From: Nitrospirales bacterium
GTDB lineage: Bacteria; Nitrospirota; Nitrospiria; Nitrospirales; UBA8639
DNA: 64,000 nucleotides
Reading direction: 5' to 3'
NCBI GenBank assembly: GCA_965203295.1
Contig: CBDBCZ010000016.1
Coordinates: 704,001 to 768,000 of the forward strand
How positions within the stretch are numbered: the stretch's first letter is position 1; each line of letters opens with the position of its first letter. This document shows positions 59,161-64,000 of this stretch, piece after piece. The translations under genes were made by a program, and so were the position numbers. The notes under the pieces were generated by a model. It worked only from the letters and a program-made list of their open reading frames with translations, did no database searches and was not told the DNA's origin.

Positions 59161-60688
59161 CTGCATTTTCCCATGCAGCAGAGCTGGCTATCCAGTGAGC
59201 CGTGCAGCCACTATTGCTGCAGCAGCCGTGAGGCACTCCAGTAGTGCGGTGGCAGAGACCAAGCACAGCGGATCTCAGATTGGAGCAGCCCCTAATAATG
59301 TGAGTCTGCAAGAGATGTGCATCTGAGATGTACAGCTTATAGAGTAAAGCCCACTGCACTAATTGGCGGGTGAGTGATTAATTATGCTCTTCTGAAAGGA
59401 GGTGATCATTTCTTGAACCAAACCAATTAACTAGTTGCGGTTCTGGTTTGCTGTAGCAAGGTTTATGAAAGCTGCTGTAACCTAGTGAGATGGTTTAATA
59501 CAATTAACATGGCAGTCCATGAACGGTAATTAACCTGCATTGTTTCTCCTTCGATAAATACTGCCATGAAGTCATAGAAATACTTAATTAGATTCTGGAT
59601 CCAAAAAAAATCCAAAGCTGTACATGTCATGTAGGAGTGGTAACTGTAAAATGATTCCAGTTCCCACCTTGTTTGGTTAGTTTTTTCCAACCATGCTGTG
59701 TATGTGGAATTTGTTATGTGGGATGACGAGATGTCACAATAGACCCTTTACCATATGATGTAAAAGGAGACACTAAATGGAGACAATACATGAAAACATG
59801 CAATTTTTTTGTGTTTTCATGTAAAATTTAAACAAAATCATGTAAATTTTCCATTTAGTGCCTACTTTTACCCCTCATTACATCATAATGGTAAACGGTC
59901 TGTGGACTTGTGTTTTTGAAAGCGCTTTCGTGAATCATCTCACTTGCAAATAGATTAAATTTGCTCTGGGTTGAAGATAGCATTTCATAGTGGGGAAATT
60001 TCTCATTGCATATGTAGTTGGTTTGGGGGGGAATCAGGGTGTTTCCCTTAAAAGTGATAGTTTTAGTGACCAGTACACTCTGTAGTGTATATGAGGGAGA
60101 CAAGAGTTGTCTACACTGTGAGCAGCTGGTACCATTTATTGCTGCTGAACATGGCAGATGTTGGATTGAGGTGATGGGAGGATGAGTGGTATTGAGGCAC
60201 GTTCCTAATGTGGTTATTGACAAAAGGCAACGATGGCAAAACTCCCGAACAATCTTCGATCTCCGTGAATCAAGCATTTTCTACCTAGTGTCACAAAGAT
60301 GCGTGATTGCCTGCCCCCTCCAGTATCACTTATCCCATTAGGACTTATACACGGTACTTCAATGAGTGACTGAGTGAATCTTTTTCTTATGACACTGGTT
60401 AGAGTCTGGTTACATGCATGTATGTGAGACTATGGTTCAACTTCAGTGGCACTTCTAGCCGGAAGCTGTCTGGGCTGTTCCCCATCTTATGATGTTTTAG
60501 AGGGGAGAGCCTGGGGATGAGGCGATGCACATCATGCAGTAGTGCAAACTGGTTTTGTTCGAAGGGCTCACGCATGATCCAACCATGGAAATGTGACTTC
60601 ATACACTGTTTGGCATGTGGGAAAGCAGTGGTCTGGGTACGAGACTGAAGGGAAATTTGGTTCCAGCATCTAGTAGCTGAATAAACTA

Positions 60689-60965
60689 TAGTCTCGTGCC
60701 CGGCCCCACGTAGAAAGGTGGGTCTGGCTCCCCGTGTATTCAAAGTTGTGTTAGCGTTACATCATATTACATCACCAAACGGATAGTGTCCACGTGGCCA
60801 CTAGTATGGATATCCGGATACTGCAACCGTTTAGTGATGTAGTACTATAAATCAACCAATCACATTGCCGGTCCAGATCTGGGACCGCTGACATAATGCT
60901 GCCCCAACTGTGAATATATGGGGAGCCAGACCCACCCTTCTAACGTGGATCTGGGCACGAGACCA
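60689..60965. mobile_element. TAGTCTCG-family MITE
   Basis: tagtctcgtgccc...ggtgggtctggctcccc / ggggagccagacccacc...gggcacgagacca; flanks aataaacta / aataaaaaa. Confidence 0.8.
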
Positions 60966-61110
60966 AATAAAAAAACTACAGCCCTATGTAATTGCTAGCT
61001 CTGCCTAGCTAGACTGTGACTGTGGTCTCATACCCAGCCATCCATGCTCCAGACAGCTTCTTGTGATGATGTTCGTGTGCCCTAATTACCTAACTAGGTG
61101 AATGCAGAGC

Positions 61111-62049
61111 ATTGTGGGGCGAGCGTGAGCGAGTACATGTACATATTGCATGAAGATGCTATTATAGTAGAGCACAATAAGAAGTGTAGACCATTACAGC
61201 AAAGTATGCATGGAACTTCAACATTTTGTTTGAACTGAATGTTCCCTGCAGCTCTCTCAATGATGGTCTGTCCTGTTACAGGCTAGCCTCCGTTTGCTCC
61301 AGAGTCTCAATTACCAGATGGTGCTGTCTATCACATTGCTGCTTGGTTTCTGCTGCTCCACATTCTCGTGTCTCCCTACATGTATGATGCTCTCTGTCGC
61401 ACTGCAGCCTATAGCCTCCATTTGCTCAACAGTCTGAGTACAGCATTGCTTCCCTTTGTGCTGCTGTCTCAGAAGCACGGTGCGAGTTCTCTCTCTTTCT
61501 GTCGTCAGTTTTGAAGCTTCTTTCAGGCAGTGCTCTATGGCTAATATGCAGGCTGAGTGTAGGCAGAAATAGTCCGTGGTCTCTCTGCAAACCTTGCTTT
61601 CTTTTGTATGGCAGTCTCAGAATAGTCTTAGGTACTCTCGGGAACCAGACCCTTAGAAGCACAGCGCGGGACTTCTCAGTTGCCGACTGACGTCGTAGTT
61701 TTCGAAGCCTCTCTTCTCTCGTGCTGCTCCAGAATACAAACCTTGCTTTCCTCTGTATGGCAGTCTCAGAATAGTCTTGGGAACCAATTGCAGTGAAACG
61801 GACCCTCACGGAAGCGCAGCGCGGGACCTCTCTCGTTCTTGCCGACCGGCGTTGTCGTTTTCGCAGACACAGACGCCATGAAGTGCATACACGTGTTTGT
61901 GAAATATTTGAGGGTATGCTGTTAAAATTGGTGTGGGAGCGCATTTGCGCATTTACGGTATGTAGGACCATGCATCCGCCGTACGCACGGACGGACAAAA
62001 TCACCATTCACAGCACTAAGGGGGGGCTCGCTCACGCTCGCCCCAATTA
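61111..62049 (-). mobile_element. Degenerate Helitron/Helentron-like relic
   Basis: Inverted subterminal motifs ggggcgagcgtgagcgag / ctcgctcacgctcgcccc. Broken minus-strand repeats (SETAIQRKAR, RASETAAQREA) resemble the charged N-terminal repeats of Helitron Rep-helicase proteins. Related ends occur near 24931 and 25460-25487. Confidence 0.5.
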
Positions 62050-62245
62050 CCTATTGACATGAAAACCCACAAGTGCTTTGTGCAAATGCTGGTATATAAA
62101 CTGGGACAGTAAATGTAATATCCGATTCTAATTATAGTCACATTCCATGGTTTGTAAATTTTTGGGGGGCTTCAAATCATTCCGAAGCCTGTACATGTAC
62201 ATGACTGTATAGCTACTGACCAATATTATACATGTACTTGCTTTT

Positions 62246-62301
62246 TAGTCTCGTGCCCAGACACCCACACCGTTCCGGCGAAAGGTCTGGGCACAAAACT
62301 A
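62246..62301. mobile_element. 56-bp TAGTCTCG-family MITE, 9-bp TSD
   Basis: cttgctttt|tagtctcgtgcccagac...gtctgggcacaaaacta|cttgctttt. Confidence 0.9.
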
Positions 62302-62580
62302 CTTGCTTTTAGAAATGCTATCCAAAAATCATAATCTCTGATATTTGAAGCCAGTGGTTGTTTGTAACTTGATTGCCAACCAGTAGATGGTGTCTTTGAT
62401 AGTTAACTGCTTGCAAATATCAGAACCGAGAAGATGATCTGCACATGGGGTTGAAATATTACCCCACACTTGTGACAGGTAGCAGCGATGAAAGGACAGT
62501 TGGAGGTGGCATGGTTGGGCTTTACACGTCAGTAACGCGGCTGACTTGCTGTGTGTGTGTGTGTGTGTGTGTAGGAAGTA

Positions 62581-62753
62581 TATGATTATTCACAGCTGGT
62601 ACCTGGGTTTATAGCATGCAGGCAGGGAAAATGATTGGTGTACTGAAACAATGGGCAATTCTAGTGAATGAGTACCAGGATCAAATCGGAGAATGGCACC
62701 TCAGGGGCGTGGCAGCGCTAGCGGAAGTCATGTGACCTCACCCTGAGCCTTCC
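62581..62753 (+). repeat. About 175-bp near-identical direct repeat, copy 2
   Basis: Matches 56959-57131 with a few substitutions; preceded by a (TG)n tract at about 62550-62572. Confidence 0.9.
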
Positions 62754-63003
62754 ACCCTAAGCCTTCACCCTTACGTGGCATGGGGTGAAAATGTGCTCTC
62801 CACATCTTGCAATGGGCACTGTATCTGATCACTCAGGCTCCGCCTAATGCTCTCAGAGTGAATTGTGATCATTGGTATTAATTACATTCTGGGTGAATGA
62901 ATATCTGTACTGAATGTACCAAACCCACAAGTGAATTGCTCACAGTGGGGCTATAAAAGCAGCTCTGGCTGGAGAGTAAGGTGACCACATTTGTGTGACC
63001 ATG

Positions 63004-63430
63004 CAGGGTTTCATACAGGATTTTTGGCTGGGGGTGGGAAACTTTTTTGGAAAAGCAAATGTCCTTGTAGGGGTGTGTGGGGATATTCTGGCCAGGGCTC
63101 ATTATCATTGGACACGTCATGCTAGGGGGGGTCTGGGGGCATCCCCCCCAGGAAAATTTTTGAAATTTAGACCCTCTGAGATCACTTCTGGTGCATTTTC
63201 CTTCCCCTAAATGAACCCCTGGTATTGCCCTCTAGGAAATTAGTACAAAACAACTGCCCTGAGATTGTTTTTTGGCAGTTTACATGTACTGTGTATGTAA
63301 TACCCCAAGTCTGTGTTAAAACCACAATTTCAACATGTTAACAGTTCAAAATCTTGGGGGGGGGGGGGGGGGGGGGGGGAAATCCCAGGGTGCCCCCCCC
63401 ACCCCCCCCCCCCCTCTGTATGAAACCCTG
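63004..63430. mobile_element. Possible hAT-like MITE
   Basis: 15-bp TIR cagggtttcatacag / ctgtatgaaaccctg with internal G/C runs; no clear TSD. Confidence 0.5.
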
Positions 63431-64000
63431 CTGCATGATTGCTGGCAGCAATAGAATTTTTGGGTGCCCATATTTAATTGTATGGGCTTTATATGAAAAC
63501 ATGAATGAATGATCCGGTTCTGGTAAAGGTACACACCCCATCACACCGCTGTGGTGTTTCTGGATGTGTTTCTGAGACCATTCCGTGCTCCTAAGTCTAT
63601 CCCTGGTGCTGGTATATACACTACAGTATTTCCAGTAACACAGAACACTGGTGTACTTTCCTCATAATTACATTATAAGTACGTCACAACTTTGTTTGGA
63701 CCACGATTTGGAGGTACATTTTGTGTGAATATTTCTGTACATAGTGATTAACCTGTATCTCGCAAAGGGGGAATTTACAACACTCAAACCAGGCATGCAT
63801 GCTCACATGCATTCTAGGATGGATAATTGGGTTTGGCGGCAGCACACCTGCATTCCCCCCATCCCCAATCACCCTGGGTCCCATTGACCAAGGGGGCCTC
63901 ACTAATCAAACTGGCCCTCCTTGGTCCCTGACCCTTTGGGGGGCGAGGTGTGGGGGGCCCTGGACCCCACCCCTGGCCCAAGACGCAGTCGCCCCCCAAG

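Noticed and set aside
58383..59359. 263-aa and 298-aa ORFs (PRPPLSYPDLHSHTQTS repeats)
   Set aside because: Stop-free translations of the 20-bp minisatellite.

Overview
Eukaryotic genomic DNA, not prokaryotic: it has many short GT-AG introns, microsatellites and dense DNA-transposon MITEs. The repeat types and intron sizes suggest a marine invertebrate, most likely a demosponge (inference). From left to right the window holds: (1) the right part of a P-element/THAP9-type transposon (1-4759) with a spliced transposase and a convergent second gene that appears to carry the transposase's missing C-terminal domain; (2) a giant RNF213/mysterin-like AAA+ gene (at least 4999-42693, about 60 exons, roughly 5,300 codons by manual tally) that seems to lack both the RING and the RZ zinc finger and ends in a SAM domain, with a degenerate DIRS/Ngaro retroelement, a foldback element and several MITEs in its introns; (3) a three-level nest of transposons, each with a 9-bp target site duplication (44851-49371); (4) an intronless 987-aa gene fusing an FAD aromatic-ring hydroxylase to an RTN4IP1-like quinone oxidoreductase (53260-56223, minus strand); (5) MITEs, a MITE-derived minisatellite and a Helitron-like relic. 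Family assignments come from motif recognition only; no database search was run.
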